From: Aulosira sp. ZfuVER01
GTDB taxonomy: Bacteria > Cyanobacteriota > Cyanobacteriia > Cyanobacteriales > Nostocaceae
Length of the DNA: 64,000 nucleotides
Direction of reading: 5' to 3'
NCBI GenBank assembly: GCA_034530615.2
Contig: JAVRCV020000008.1
Coordinates: 32,001 to 96,000 of the forward strand
In this document: positions 40,515-51,283 of the stretch, piece after piece
Layout: each line of letters opens with the position of its first letter
How positions within the stretch are numbered: the first letter of the stretch is position 1
The notes under the pieces: model-generated
Told to the model about the DNA's origin: nothing
What the model saw: the letters and a program-made list of their open reading frames with translations, nothing else
Database searches by the model: none
Translations under genes and position numbers: made by a program

Positions 40515-41660
40515 CTAATTTAATTTTTTGAACAACCATGAATATGAACCTTTTTTATCTTTTCCATGCCCAGATATTTGCTTGAAATCAAATGATAAAG
40601 TGCCTTGATTTTCTCCTAGTCTCCAGTAACCTGATAATATTTTAGTTTCTTGTAACATGACTACATTTTTTTTAGAATCCAATTTCCCACTGATAACAAT
40701 CTTAGCTGTTCCGTTCCACCAGTGTTGATGAATTAAAGTTCCATCAAAATAATCCCCTGACTGGCGAGTTATAGAAAGGGTAGCTCTACCACTTCCAAAA
40801 TTGCCGTACCATGTTCCAAGCATTTCTGGGAAACTTTCAGAAGTATCATTATTTATCATAAATAATGCTAACCATTCTTGTAGTGACTGAGGGCGATTCT
40901 CTGGCTTTATCTCCATACCCTTGAGAATTGCCTGATTAACGCTTTCACTGATATTAGAATTAATCTTCTTTGGTTCCTCTAATGGTGTACCAATTGCTCT
41001 AATTGGAGCCATTGTTGGTACTTCTCCAGTTAACAAAGAATACAGTGTTGCAGCTAAAGCGTAAACATCTGTAAAAGCACCCCGTTTTGTTCGCTTGTCA
41101 TATTGCTCAATTGGTGAAAAGCCATCGGTTAGCATTTCTGTCTGAGTCTGAGTCAAATTTTGAGAAAATTCTCTTGCAATCCCAAAATCAATTAATACTG
41201 CTTCTGATTTACCAGCACGCAACATAATATTTTGCGGTTTTACATCCCGATGTAGCAAGCCATGATTGTGAACTACAGTTAACGCCTCACCAATCTGCTG
41301 AATGTATCGTAATGCTTGCGCGTCTGGCAAAACGCCTTGATTCTCAACTCTATGGGCTAAATTGTCTCCATCAATGTATTCCATGACAATGCACCATAGG
41401 GTATCCTCATGTATTACCTCATCAATTTTCACAATATGGGTATGACTGCATTTAGCTAGTTTTACCGCCTCATTAAGAAAGTTTTGCTGAAACTTGCCAA
41501 AGTCGGGGCGGCGTTGAACTTTATCATTCAAAGTTTTAATCACAACGTAGCGCCCATTGTTATCTCTAGCGAGGTAAGTTATACCAAAGCCACCTTCGCC
41601 TAATTCTTTTTCAATTGTGTACTTACCACCCTGCAACTGCTGTCCTGATTTCCAAGCCAT
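40515..41660 (-). CDS. Ser/Thr protein kinase with C-terminal beta domain
   Basis: LGEGGFG, HRDVKPQN, DFG, DVYAL; start taken at MAWKSG. Confidence 0.93.
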   Translation of the reverse strand: MAWKSGQQLQGGKYTIEKELGEGGFGITYLARDNNGRYVVIKTLNDKVQRRPDFGKFQQNFLNEAVKLAKCSHTHIVKIDEVIHEDTLWCIVMEYIDGDNLAHRVENQGVLPDAQALRYIQQIGEALTVVHNHGLLHRDVKPQNIMLRAGKSEAVLIDFGIAREFSQNLTQTQTEMLTDGFSPIEQYDKRTKRGAFTDVYALAATLYSLLTGEVPTMAPIRAIGTPLEEPKKINSNISESVNQAILKGMEIKPENRPQSLQEWLALFMINNDTSESFPEMLGTWYGNFGSGRATLSITRQSGDYFDGTLIHQHWWNGTAKIVISGKLDSKKNVVMLQETKILSGYWRLGENQGTLSFDFKQISGHGKDKKGSYSWLFKKLN

Positions 41661-42027
41661 GATTAAAAATTCAATGTGACAATATATGTCAATTTTGGCA
41701 CAACGGTACATGATTGTTTATCAGCTTAAACCATTTAAATTTCAAGTTTGAGCGCTATTAGTTCATGTAAGAAAAATCAAATTACTTTAAAATTACTAGA
41801 ATTATTACTGAGTCAAAATTCAAAAGCCAAATATAAAATCCAGCCTGCCTAATTTTCTAGGTTGGTAACGGGTGAAAAACGCCCCGGAATTGTGACGATT
41901 ACGCTAGAATTGTTAAAGCTTCTTTACAGAGTTTGTACTTCATCCTCAATTCTGTTAAAACAGCCTGGCATCCTAACCTTAAGATGTACATCTGAAAACC
42001 CCTTCTGAGAGTTCACCAAAAGCTTCT

Positions 42028-43818
42028 ATGACGCTCCCAATTCGTAACGTCGCCATTATTGCCCACGTTGACCACGGCAAAACCACCCTGGTTGATGCAC
42101 TCCTCAAACAGTCCGGCATTTTCCGAGAAGGTGAAGACGTTCCGGATTGCGTTATGGACTCCAACGCCCTAGAACGGGAACGGGGAATTACAATTCTGTC
42201 TAAAAACACAGCGGTTCGCTACAAAGAAACCCTGATCAATATTGTTGATACCCCTGGTCACGCTGACTTTGGTGGTGAAGTTGAACGTGTACTTGGCATG
42301 GTTGACGGATGTCTTCTGATTGTCGATGCCAATGAAGGCCCCATGCCCCAAACACGCTTTGTACTAAAAAAGGCTTTGGAAAAAGGCTTGCGCCCCATCG
42401 TTGTTGTCAACAAAATCGACCGTGCCCAAGCTGACCCCCACGTTGCTGTGGATAAAGTATTAGATCTGTTCCTGGAATTAGGAGCAGATGAAGACCAATG
42501 TGATTTTACCTATCTGTTTGCCTCTGGTATGGGAGGTTATGCGAAGGAAAGTATGGAAGCAGAATCGGTAGATATGCAACCTCTATTTAATGCGATTCTG
42601 CAACACGTTCCACCTCCTGTAGGCGATATCAACAAGCCCCTACAATTGCAAGTCACAACCCTAGATTATTCTGAATATCTGGGACGGATTGTGATTGGTA
42701 GAATTCACAACGGCATCATCCGTGCTGGACAACAAGCGGCTTTAATTACAGAAAGTGGTTCAATTGTCAAAGCCAAAATCACCAAGTTGATGGGCTTTGA
42801 AGGACTGAAGCGGGTGGATATGGAAGAAGCATCCGCAGGTTATATTGTCGCTGTAGCTGGTTTCGCTGACGCCAATATTGGAGAAACAATTACAGATCCC
42901 AACGAACCGCAAGCTTTGCCATTAATTAAGGTCGATGAGCCAACCTTACAAATGACCTTCTGGGTGAATGATTCACCTTTTGCTGGTCAAGAAGGAAAGT
43001 TAGTAACATCACGGCAAATACGCGATCGCCTGCTGCGAGAATTAGAAACTAACGTCGCCTTGCGTGTTGAAGAAACTGATTCTCCTGATAAATTCTTGGT
43101 TTCTGGTCGTGGCGAACTTCACCTGGGTATCTTAATCGAAACCATGCGCCGTGAAGGTTATGAGTTTCAAGTATCTCAGCCACAGGTAATTTACCGCGAA
43201 GTCAACGGTCAACCTTGTGAACCTTACGAACTTTTGGTTCTAGATATCCCCGCAGATGCAGTTGGTAGCTGTATCGAACGCTTGGGACAACGCAAGGGTG
43301 AAATGCAAGATATGCAACCCGGTGGTAACGATCGCACCCAGCTAGAGTTTGTCATCCCAGCCCGTGGCTTGATTGGTTTCCGGGGTGAATTCATGCGGAT
43401 GACTCGTGGCGAAGGCATCATGAATCACAGTTTCCTCGACTATCGTCAACTTAGTGGTGATATTGAAGCCAGAAACAAAGGTGTTTTAATCTCCTTTGAA
43501 GAAGGCGTCTCTACCTTCTATGCTATGAGAAACGCTGAAGATAGAGGCGTATTCTTTATTACCCCAGGAACCAAGGTTTACAGAGGCATGATTGTGGGAG
43601 AACACAATCGTCCTCAAGACTTAGAATTGAATATCTGTAAGACTAAGCAACTTACCAACCACCGAGCGGCTGGTGGTGATGAACTAGTGCAGTTGCAAGC
43701 ACCAGTAGAAATGAGCTTAGAGCGTGCTTTAGAGTACATTGGCCCAGACGAATTGGTGGAAGTCACACCCCAATCAATTCGCTTGCGGAAGATGTCGAAG
43801 AAATTAGCAAAACGCTAA
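42028..43818 (+). CDS. typA: Translational GTPase TypA/BipA
   Basis: [38 protein letters not shown]. Confidence 0.98.
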   Translation: MTLPIRNVAIIAHVDHGKTTLVDALLKQSGIFREGEDVPDCVMDSNALERERGITILSKNTAVRYKETLINIVDTPGHADFGGEVERVLGMVDGCLLIVDANEGPMPQTRFVLKKALEKGLRPIVVVNKIDRAQADPHVAVDKVLDLFLELGADEDQCDFTYLFASGMGGYAKESMEAESVDMQPLFNAILQHVPPPVGDINKPLQLQVTTLDYSEYLGRIVIGRIHNGIIRAGQQAALITESGSIVKAKITKLMGFEGLKRVDMEEASAGYIVAVAGFADANIGETITDPNEPQALPLIKVDEPTLQMTFWVNDSPFAGQEGKLVTSRQIRDRLLRELETNVALRVEETDSPDKFLVSGRGELHLGILIETMRREGYEFQVSQPQVIYREVNGQPCEPYELLVLDIPADAVGSCIERLGQRKGEMQDMQPGGNDRTQLEFVIPARGLIGFRGEFMRMTRGEGIMNHSFLDYRQLSGDIEARNKGVLISFEEGVSTFYAMRNAEDRGVFFITPGTKVYRGMIVGEHNRPQDLELNICKTKQLTNHRAAGGDELVQLQAPVEMSLERALEYIGPDELVEVTPQSIRLRKMSKKLAKR

Positions 43819-43841
43819 GTAAAGTTGATTAATTAATTGGT

Positions 43842-43866
43842 AAAGCCTGCATCTGCGGGCTTTTTT
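43842..43866 (+). terminator. Intrinsic terminator of typA
   Basis: aaagcctgc-atct-gcgggctttttt. Confidence 0.8.
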
Positions 43867-43872
43867 ATTTTG

Positions 43873-44007
43873 TGATAAGTAAGTCGGTGCAAATTATTGT
43901 CACTTGTTTGTAGTCGCGCTTTAGCGCTAAAGCGCGACTACGAGCCAAATACAGAGATTTTGCTTTTCCTTACATAGTTTGGGTTTTTCTCAACGACTTA
44001 CTTATCA
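43873..44007. mobile_element. MITE-like element with 14-bp perfect inverted ends and internal 32-bp perfect palindrome
   Basis: tgataagtaagtcg ... cgacttacttatca; gtagtcgcgctttagcgctaaagcgcgactac at 43910-43941. Confidence 0.75.
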
Positions 44008-44073
44008 ATTTGAGAAAATTTCAAAACTTATACTACGTCAGGGTAAGGAAGTAACCTTTTCCTAATTTCGATA

Positions 44074-44167
44074 ATACTAATTCAAATAATGTTTGCGACA
44101 CATCAATATATTCTAGAGGGCAGTGCCGTGCCTCTACAATCTGTCGCATTCTTTTTTCAAATTGGTA
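44074..44167. mobile_element. MITE-like element of a TACCAATT-ended family
   Basis: atactaattcaaataatgtttgcgacacat ... atctgtcgcattcttttttcaaattggtat; related ends at 53361-53432, 60204-60306 and ~60318. Confidence 0.6.
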
Positions 44168-44172
44168 TAACT

Positions 44173-44553
44173 TTAATTTTTTACTTTTCTCTTGGTGCTG
44201 TTTTCTAACAACAAAACTATGGCGATGCCTATTGTATAAGCAATTATATCTTTCCAATCAAATGTACTTCCTAACGCAACAGCTATAATCTTATATTTTT
44301 GCCATCCCAATTTACTTACAAAATTAAAATATTGCAGAATTTCAATAATATAAGAAAATACAAAAACTGAGAGAGCTACGATGGAGGAACTTATCTTACA
44401 AAAAGCTCTCACAAAACAATAAATTAGTATAACTACTAAAACATCACCAATAAAAGGACGGATGAAACCGTCATTGATAAAAACAGCAATATATACCTCT
44501 AATAAAAATAATATGAGCGTGAAGTAGAAGTATTTTTTGTTGAAAGTAAACAT
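44173..44553 (-). CDS. DUF2809 family membrane protein
   Basis: IRPFIGDVL, IEILQYF, LGSTFDWKDIIAY. Confidence 0.88.
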   Translation of the reverse strand: MFTFNKKYFYFTLILFLLEVYIAVFINDGFIRPFIGDVLVVILIYCFVRAFCKISSSIVALSVFVFSYIIEILQYFNFVSKLGWQKYKIIAVALGSTFDWKDIIAYTIGIAIVLLLENSTKRKVKN

Positions 44554-44765
44554 AGTAATAGATATACTATTCTCTTGATTGCAATATATATAAATCCGAT
44601 AGAATCAGCTTTCATAAGCTAGAATTTTTCAATTACAATATGCTAAAAAATGTAATGGAAAATTCTCTGAGAGGCGAATACCTAATCTAACACCAAGTTT
44701 TCAAACCGCAAGAAACGGGTGGTTTTTGATCTACACCGTCTGTAAAGTAGGAAAATGCAGATGGG

Positions 44766-45656
44766 GTGAATCATGTAACGATGAATAGTATAGATGTCTC
44801 TGGCAGTAAAGATTACAGCCGAATTGCTCAAGCGATCGCATTCATGCGGCAAAACCACCTGATCCAACCGGATTTGGCAACTGTGGCACAGCAAATAGGG
44901 CTGAGTGAGTATCATTTCCAACGATTATTTACCCAATGGACGGGTATCAGCCCCAAAAGGTTTTTGCAATATCTCACTGTGGAATATGCCAAGTCAAAAA
45001 TTATCGAGACTAAAAGCCTTTTAGACTTAACTCTTGATGTGGGCTTGTCGAGTCCAGGACGATTACACGATTTGTTTGTGAACTTAGAAGCAATGTCTCC
45101 TGGTGAGTTTAAGGCAGGAGGAGCAGGTTTGCAAATTCGTTATGGCATTCATGACACCTTATTTGGTAAATCTCTAATTGCTACAACCTCTCGTGGTGTT
45201 TGTAACTTGTATTTCTTAGATACCGCAGATGAGCAGATTGCCGAGCAAACACTGCATCGCTCATGGAAAAATGCGGAAATTATCCACGATCAACAAACAA
45301 CCCAACCCTTGCACGACCAGATTTTTAACCCCAATAGCTTGAATATTGATAAGCCATTAACACTCCTAGTCAAGGGTACTAATTTTCAGATTCAAGTTTG
45401 GAAAGCACTTTTGCAAGTACCATTTGGGGGTATGACAACTTATCAAAAAATTGCTGAAATGATTGGCCGCCCAACTGCTGCTAGAGCCGTGGGTAATGCT
45501 GTGGGTAATAATCCCATCGCTTATATCATTCCATGTCATCGCGTGATTCGAGAATCAGGGGAAATGGGCGGCTATCACTGGGGTTTGGAGCGTAAAGCAA
45601 TCATGTTGGGTTGGGAAGCTAGTCGTACAATCTGCAATGATTCTAGTAGAAGCTGA
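44766..45656 (+). CDS. AraC-HTH / methylated-DNA-protein-cysteine methyltransferase (Ada/Ogt-like)
   Basis: FQRLFTQWTGISPKRF; GTNFQIQVW, ARAVG, IPCHRV active site; alternative ATG at 44781. Confidence 0.93.
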   Translation: MNHVTMNSIDVSGSKDYSRIAQAIAFMRQNHLIQPDLATVAQQIGLSEYHFQRLFTQWTGISPKRFLQYLTVEYAKSKIIETKSLLDLTLDVGLSSPGRLHDLFVNLEAMSPGEFKAGGAGLQIRYGIHDTLFGKSLIATTSRGVCNLYFLDTADEQIAEQTLHRSWKNAEIIHDQQTTQPLHDQIFNPNSLNIDKPLTLLVKGTNFQIQVWKALLQVPFGGMTTYQKIAEMIGRPTAARAVGNAVGNNPIAYIIPCHRVIRESGEMGGYHWGLERKAIMLGWEASRTICNDSSRS

Positions 45657-45786
45657 AGTCTGAACTACTCGTTCATCCCAAAATAAAATCCCCCAGAGGC
45701 TAGCTGAGGGATTTACCAGGAACGCGAATTGAGAACAATATACAATACAATTGTACTATACACGGATAAGTTTGTACTCAAAGAAA

Positions 45787-47343
45787 TTAAACGTAACCAA
45801 TATCCTCAAGCATGGCTAAATGCTGCTGTACAGGTGCTAGCGTATTTGCAGCAATCATTCCACTAGCGGCGACTGCTGGTAAACCAATACCTGGAAATGT
45901 CGAATCGCCACAACACAGAAATCCTGGTAAGGGTGTCTTAGGGCCGGGAAACATTGCCACTCCTGCTTTCAGCGCTGGTCCATAAGAACCGCGATCGCGT
46001 CTTAGAAAACGTTCATGAGTCAGAGGTGTACCCACCAGCGTAATTTCGCAACGAGAGCGAATATCTGGAATAATGCGCTCTAAAGCTTGCCACATCACTT
46101 CTGCACGTAAACGCTTTTGTTGCGCATATTCTTGGCTTTTTCTGTCCATTCCCTGCCAAAGAGCATACGGTTCATTACCAGGAGTGTAAACATGAATTAC
46201 GTGCTTACCTGGTGGTGCTAGAGATGGGTCAAGAATTGATGGAATTGATATCAGTACAACATTCTGAGGTGCTGTCACGCCCAGTTCCCAGTTATTGACT
46301 ACTATGTAGTGACAAGCCAGATTTGGCGGTAAGCCTTGGGCATCAATACCTAAATGCAGATGCATGAAGCTATCACACTCAGGTGTAGCTTGTCTTTGAT
46401 TCCGGTACTTTTGGGGAATTGCCTTTTCTGGTAATAACTTCAGTGTATCCCAAACAGATGTACCAGAAATTACCGCTTTTTGTGCCCGAATTTCTTGGCG
46501 ATCGCGCAGACGCACACCTACCGCCCTACCTCCTTCTACCAGCACTTGTTCTACATGAGCGCCAAGTATCAATTTACCGCCGTGTCTCTCCAGTCCCTTA
46601 ACTAAGGCCTCAACTAAAGCACCACTCCCACCAATCGGATAGTCAAGTTGTACTCCTGGGCGATACCAATCAGCAAACATGAACGCTACTTCTGCTGCAC
46701 TCGTACCATCTGCGGGTAAACCAGAGAGTAAAAAACAAAGCAAATTCAGCCAATTTTGAATAAAAGGGTCTTTAACAACACCATCCATAATTTTACTGAA
46801 AGGGCCAGTCAGCTTCAGCACATTTGCACTATGCTTTGCCAACGATGGAGCAAATCGGCTCACTGTTTTCACTGCACCCCAATCAAAGCGCAATGCTGCT
46901 GGTGATATTGCTGTTGCAGCACTAGCTAGAGGTTCCATAACGCGCTGGAGTTGTCGCCATTCCCTCACCGCATCTTCACCCCGCAGTCGCATCAGCACTT
47001 CACAAAATTGTTCCGCACCGACTGTTGTATCAAAATCACCTTCTGGTAGGCAGCATCCCCAAGTATCGTAAGTAACACAGGGTAACTCAGAGCCAATTGC
47101 ATCTAATACTTGTCGCAGTGGGTTAGCAGAAGGGCTGTAAGATAGCCCAGAGTACAGAGATGGGCCTGAATCAAACTTGAATCCATTACGCTCAAAAGCG
47201 TGCGCTGCACCACCAGCAATAGAGTGGCTTTCACAAACTATGACATCAAAACCATACCGCGCTAATAGTGCAGCACAACTTAAACCGCCAACACCGCTAC
47301 CAATGACGACTACATCTGTCTTTAACAAACTTGCTCTCTCCAA
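45787..47343 (-). CDS. Phytoene desaturase/carotenoid isomerase (CrtI/CrtH) family FAD oxidoreductase
   Basis: IGSGVGG, FDSGPS, GTPLTH, CGDSTFPGIGLPAVAASG. Confidence 0.88.
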   Translation of the reverse strand: MERASLLKTDVVVIGSGVGGLSCAALLARYGFDVIVCESHSIAGGAAHAFERNGFKFDSGPSLYSGLSYSPSANPLRQVLDAIGSELPCVTYDTWGCCLPEGDFDTTVGAEQFCEVLMRLRGEDAVREWRQLQRVMEPLASAATAISPAALRFDWGAVKTVSRFAPSLAKHSANVLKLTGPFSKIMDGVVKDPFIQNWLNLLCFLLSGLPADGTSAAEVAFMFADWYRPGVQLDYPIGGSGALVEALVKGLERHGGKLILGAHVEQVLVEGGRAVGVRLRDRQEIRAQKAVISGTSVWDTLKLLPEKAIPQKYRNQRQATPECDSFMHLHLGIDAQGLPPNLACHYIVVNNWELGVTAPQNVVLISIPSILDPSLAPPGKHVIHVYTPGNEPYALWQGMDRKSQEYAQQKRLRAEVMWQALERIIPDIRSRCEITLVGTPLTHERFLRRDRGSYGPALKAGVAMFPGPKTPLPGFLCCGDSTFPGIGLPAVAASGMIAANTLAPVQQHLAMLEDIGYV

Positions 47344-47458
47344 ACGGCTGCTTCCAATTTGAATTGTATAGTTTTATGAATAGGCGATCGCAATGGCAGG
47401 CAGGGTAGAGTGTGGGGAGAAATGCCCAATGCCCCATGCCCCATACCCCATGCCCAAA

Positions 47459-48058
47459 TCACTGTGTTCTTGGGCAATAAGCAAGGTATCTTGACTGTGC
47501 ATAACCCATCAAAGGAGTTGAAATTGGCACCCAACCATTTTTTCCCCGTGCAATTACAACATTTTCGCCATTGGGTACCACTCCCACCCTGGCTGAATTA
47601 TTAGAAGGAGCTGTTCGCACCACCAACCCACTATCAGCAGCAACCTTGCGACAAAAGTTTAGCTCAGGAGGTGTTGCTACTTGTGAGGCTTGGCATGAGC
47701 TAAGAAAATTAGTATGTAATATGTAGCCCTTTACAGGAGATGAAATTGGCACCCAGCCATTTTTGCCGCGATCGCGAATCGTAAGATTCGTTCCATAATC
47801 TAAAAGACCAACTACTTGACTATCAACTGTTGGCTTTTGCAAAACAAAAAGACCATTTCTTGCCATTACCCGACGGCAGCTGCTTGAATAGCGAGCTATT
47901 AGATATTCACTCTGGTTATTTTGTAAAGCTCTTGCTGGGGTGGGAGATTTAATACCCTGGTTAACTGTATCCACAGCAAAAGAGGGTGCGATCAAAACTG
48001 TAGCAGCTAAGACTAGTGCAGTTGTTAAACTTGAGTATTCCTGATATATAAATTTCAT
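47459..48058 (-). CDS. Secreted protein with two bacterial SH3 domains
   Basis: Signal peptide; duplicated C.(R/K)V...GL.V...P.....G.....NGWVPISxP..GY. Confidence 0.85.
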   Translation of the reverse strand: MKFIYQEYSSLTTALVLAATVLIAPSFAVDTVNQGIKSPTPARALQNNQSEYLIARYSSSCRRVMARNGLFVLQKPTVDSQVVGLLDYGTNLTIRDRGKNGWVPISSPVKGYILHTNFLSSCQASQVATPPELNFCRKVAADSGLVVRTAPSNNSARVGVVPNGENVVIARGKNGWVPISTPLMGYAQSRYLAYCPRTQ

Positions 48059-48307
48059 TTTCCTACTAAATCCTCTTTTATATTTTCCTGGATAAATAGA
48101 TGAGCTTGTGATCAGCGATTTATATCCTGCAAAATGTCGAATTTTTATACAAAAAAAGTTGTATATAAAGCTTTTGCTTTGAAAATGTTTGCTAACAATT
48201 TACATAAAAATTTTTGTTATAACATCTTTTTTAGGGTTGAATAACTCTTCATCCTAATGAAATAGATAAGTAGAAATATAAATTTTTACTCTAATTTTGC
48301 ATCGAGT

Positions 48308-48449
48308 TATAGCGGTTCCTAGTCTACTGAGGTACGAATTCATCTATATACCCTCCCGCAGTGCTGAACTCACCGCTGCGCGTCTAGATGTGTCTTTATC
48401 TTTGGTTAATTACTTCTTTCTGTACCTCACTGCGTTGGGAAACGCTATA
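48308..48449. mobile_element. MITE-like element with ~28-bp imperfect TIRs
   Basis: tatagcggttcctagtctactgaggtac ... gtacctcactgcgttgggaaacgctata. Confidence 0.7.
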
Positions 48450-48553
48450 TTTTATACAAAGATTGCTAAAAGAAAAACTATACTTCTTGATAATTTAAGT
48501 AAGTGCGTTAGCCTCTTGTAGGATGAGGCTAAATAGTTTTTAAACTCAATATC

Positions 48554-49477
48554 ATGAGTGTTATTGTTTTTGGCAGCATCAATATAGATTTAGTAGCCAC
48601 AGTCCCCCGATTGCCAATGGCGGGAGAAACATTATTAGGGCATAGCTTTGTTCAAATTCCGGGAGGAAAAGGCGCAAACCAAGCGGTAGCACTAGCCCGT
48701 TTACAAATTCCAAGTCACATGGTTGGGCGTGTAGGTACAGACAGTTTTGCATCAGAATTACTGTACAATTTGCAAAACTCTGGTGTGGAAATTGACAATG
48801 TTTCTATCGATGAAAATGCCAGTTCGGGAGTAGCAATAATCGCTGTCGATGACAAAGGTGAAAATCAAATTATTGTCATTCCTGGTGCTAATGGACGAGT
48901 CAATCAAGAAGATGTAGAGCAATTGTCTGATTTATTACCGAATAGCACCGCATTGCTTTTACAATTTGAAATTCCAATGGCTGCTGTAGTAGCTGCGGCT
49001 AAAGCAGCACGTCAAGCAGGAGTCAAAGTTATTCTCGACCCTGCACCTGCACAATCTAATGTGCCAGATGAACTTTATTCATTAGTAGATATCATGACAC
49101 CGAATGAAGTGGAAGCAGGGCAATTGGTAGGCTTTTCGGTAAATGACCAAGAATCGGCAAAAGAAGCAGCAGCAGTTTTATTACAACGGGGTGTGAAATG
49201 TGCGATCGTCAAACTCGGTTCAAAGGGTGTTTTCTGTGCCACTGCTGAAGAAAGTTTTTTTGTACCAGCGTTTCCAATTCAAGTGGTTGACACAGTAGCC
49301 GCTGGTGATGCTTTTAATGGCGGTTTAGCAGCAGCATTTTACGAAGGACTTTCTTTACATCAGGCGGTTGTTTGGGGCGCAGCTGCGGGTGCTTTGGCTG
49401 CAACAAAACCAGGGGCGCAAACTTCTTTACCTGATAGGTTAACGTTTGATGCGTTTCTGAAGGAAAGGGGTGTTTAA
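48554..49477 (+). CDS. rbsK: Ribokinase
   Basis: GSINID, PGGKGANQA, TPNEVE, VDTVAAGDAF. Confidence 0.95.
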   Translation: MSVIVFGSINIDLVATVPRLPMAGETLLGHSFVQIPGGKGANQAVALARLQIPSHMVGRVGTDSFASELLYNLQNSGVEIDNVSIDENASSGVAIIAVDDKGENQIIVIPGANGRVNQEDVEQLSDLLPNSTALLLQFEIPMAAVVAAAKAARQAGVKVILDPAPAQSNVPDELYSLVDIMTPNEVEAGQLVGFSVNDQESAKEAAAVLLQRGVKCAIVKLGSKGVFCATAEESFFVPAFPIQVVDTVAAGDAFNGGLAAAFYEGLSLHQAVVWGAAAGALAATKPGAQTSLPDRLTFDAFLKERGV

Positions 49478-49521
49478 CAAACCGCAGAAGACGCAGAGAG
49501 GAGAAAATGTAACTTAATACA

Positions 49522-49716
49522 ATCGCATTGCATCCCGATGCATTAACAATGTCACTCGATGCGATCGCATTGCATCCCGATGCATTAACAATGTTACCCG
49601 ATGCGATCGCATTGCATCCCGATGCATTAACAATGTTACCCGATGCGATCGCATTGCATCCCGATGCATTAACAATGTCACTCGATGCGATCGCATTGCA
49701 TCCCGATGCATTAACA
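49522..49716. repeat. 42-bp tandem repeat, ~4.6 copies, with a HIP1 site at each junction
   Basis: Unit atcgcattgcatcccgatgcattaacaatgt(cact/tacc)cgatgcg. Confidence 0.97.
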
Positions 49717-49796
49717 TAGCACGCTAATGTTTCCGGACAAAGGGGGTAGGGAGAAAAATAATCAATGCCCAATGCCCAATGCCCAATGCCCTATGC

Positions 49797-50228
49797 TTAC
49801 TTCCCAATATCCTCATTCCATAGTTCAGGATTAGTTTCAATAAAATCACTCATCATTTTTTCGCATTCATCCAGACCGAGATCGATTACTTCTACACCGT
49901 GAGATATCATAAATTCTTTAGCACCAGGAAAAGTTCTTGACTCTCCGGCGATGACTTTTTTAATGCCAAATTGCACGACTGCGCCAGCGCACAAGTAGCA
50001 AGGCATTAAGGTTGAATAGAGTGTTGTACCTCTGTAATTACCTACTCTCCCAGCATTGCGGAGACAATCAATTTCGGCGTGGGTGACAGGATCGCCATCT
50101 TGTACGCGCTTGTTGTGTCCTCTGCCGAGAATTTTGCCGTCCTTGACAAGAACTGAACCAATGGGAATTCCACCTTCTTGCCTACCGTGTTTTGCTTCTT
50201 GAATTGCAGCTTGCATAAATTCATCCAT
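49797..50228 (-). CDS. Zn-dependent nucleobase/nucleoside deaminase (Fcy1-like cytosine deaminase)
   Basis: HAE, PCYLC, C-terminal PELWNEDIG. Confidence 0.9.
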   Translation of the reverse strand: MDEFMQAAIQEAKHGRQEGGIPIGSVLVKDGKILGRGHNKRVQDGDPVTHAEIDCLRNAGRVGNYRGTTLYSTLMPCYLCAGAVVQFGIKKVIAGESRTFPGAKEFMISHGVEVIDLGLDECEKMMSDFIETNPELWNEDIGK

Positions 50229-50244
50229 TATTTAATTCTCCTAT

Positions 50245-51168
50245 ATGTCCAAACAACTTGTATTAATGGATCACGATGGTGGTGTAGATGATTATCTAGC
50301 AACCATGCTGTTGTTGACGATGGATCGTGTGGAACTGCTTGGTATTGTTGTCACTCCGGCTGATTGCTATATCCAACCAGCTGTTAGCGCTACACGTAAA
50401 ATCTTAGATTTGATGGGATTTTCTCATATCCCGGTTGCAGAAAGCACAGTACAGGGTATTAATCCTTTCCCCTATCTCTATCGCCGTGATTCTTTTATCG
50501 TTGACCATCTACCAATTCTCAATCAAAACGAAACTATTAATACGCAGTTGGTTGGTGAATCAGGTCAAGATTTTATGGTCAGGGTTTTGCGTGAAGCTGC
50601 TGCACCAGTAACCTTGATGGTGACAGGGCCGTTGACGACAGTCGCAGTCGCTTTAGAAAAAGCACCAGACATTGAAGCGAAAATACAAAAGATTGTCTGG
50701 ATGGGTGGTGCGTTAAATGTCCCTGGCAATGTAGAAAAGAATTGGGAACCAGGACAAGATGGTTCTGCGGAATGGAATGTGTATTGGAACCCCATTTCCG
50801 CAGCAAGGGTGTGGGAAAGCCAAATTGAAATTATTATGTGTCCTTTGGATTTAACTAATAATGTACCCGTGACATCAGATTTAGTACGAAAAATGGGAAG
50901 ACAACGCAACTATCCCATCTCTGATTTAGCAGGGCAATGTTATGCCCTAGTTATTCCCCAAGATTATTATTTTTGGGATGTTTTGGCAACGGCTTATCTT
51001 GGACATCCAGAATTCTATCAACTGCGGGAGTGGGAGACAGAAATTATTACCACTGGTATCAGTCAGGGACGTACTAAAGTTGTACCTGGTGGTCGGAAAA
51101 TTTATGCTATGGACAAGGTCGATAAAGATGCTTTTTATGATTATATTTTGCAGCAGTGGGCGAGGTAA
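50245..51168 (+). CDS. Nucleoside hydrolase
   Basis: DHDGGVDD, TGPLT, AEWNVYW, YYFWD. Confidence 0.93.
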   Translation: MSKQLVLMDHDGGVDDYLATMLLLTMDRVELLGIVVTPADCYIQPAVSATRKILDLMGFSHIPVAESTVQGINPFPYLYRRDSFIVDHLPILNQNETINTQLVGESGQDFMVRVLREAAAPVTLMVTGPLTTVAVALEKAPDIEAKIQKIVWMGGALNVPGNVEKNWEPGQDGSAEWNVYWNPISAARVWESQIEIIMCPLDLTNNVPVTSDLVRKMGRQRNYPISDLAGQCYALVIPQDYYFWDVLATAYLGHPEFYQLREWETEIITTGISQGRTKVVPGGRKIYAMDKVDKDAFYDYILQQWAR

Positions 51169-51283
51169 ATTTTAGATTTTTAATTGAGATATTCCGCAGT
51201 TAGGCAAAAAATTTCCTCGACTTTTCAAATCCTTGTATGACAAGATTTGAGATAGTTGGTTAAAAGAGCGATCGCTCATCCAA

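Noticed and set aside
44766..45656. Full-length Ada with Zn-binding sensor domain
   Set aside because: No N-terminal Cys4 (CRPSC-type) motif, so the ada symbol was not assigned
49522..49716. CRISPR array interpretation of the 42-bp repeats
   Set aside because: Units are contiguous with no unique spacers, and there are no cas genes in the window
49314..49772. ORFs 49314-49772, 49514-49717 and 49528-49719 as genes
   Set aside because: They are open only because the 42-bp unit lacks stops in those frames; one overlaps rbsK in antisense
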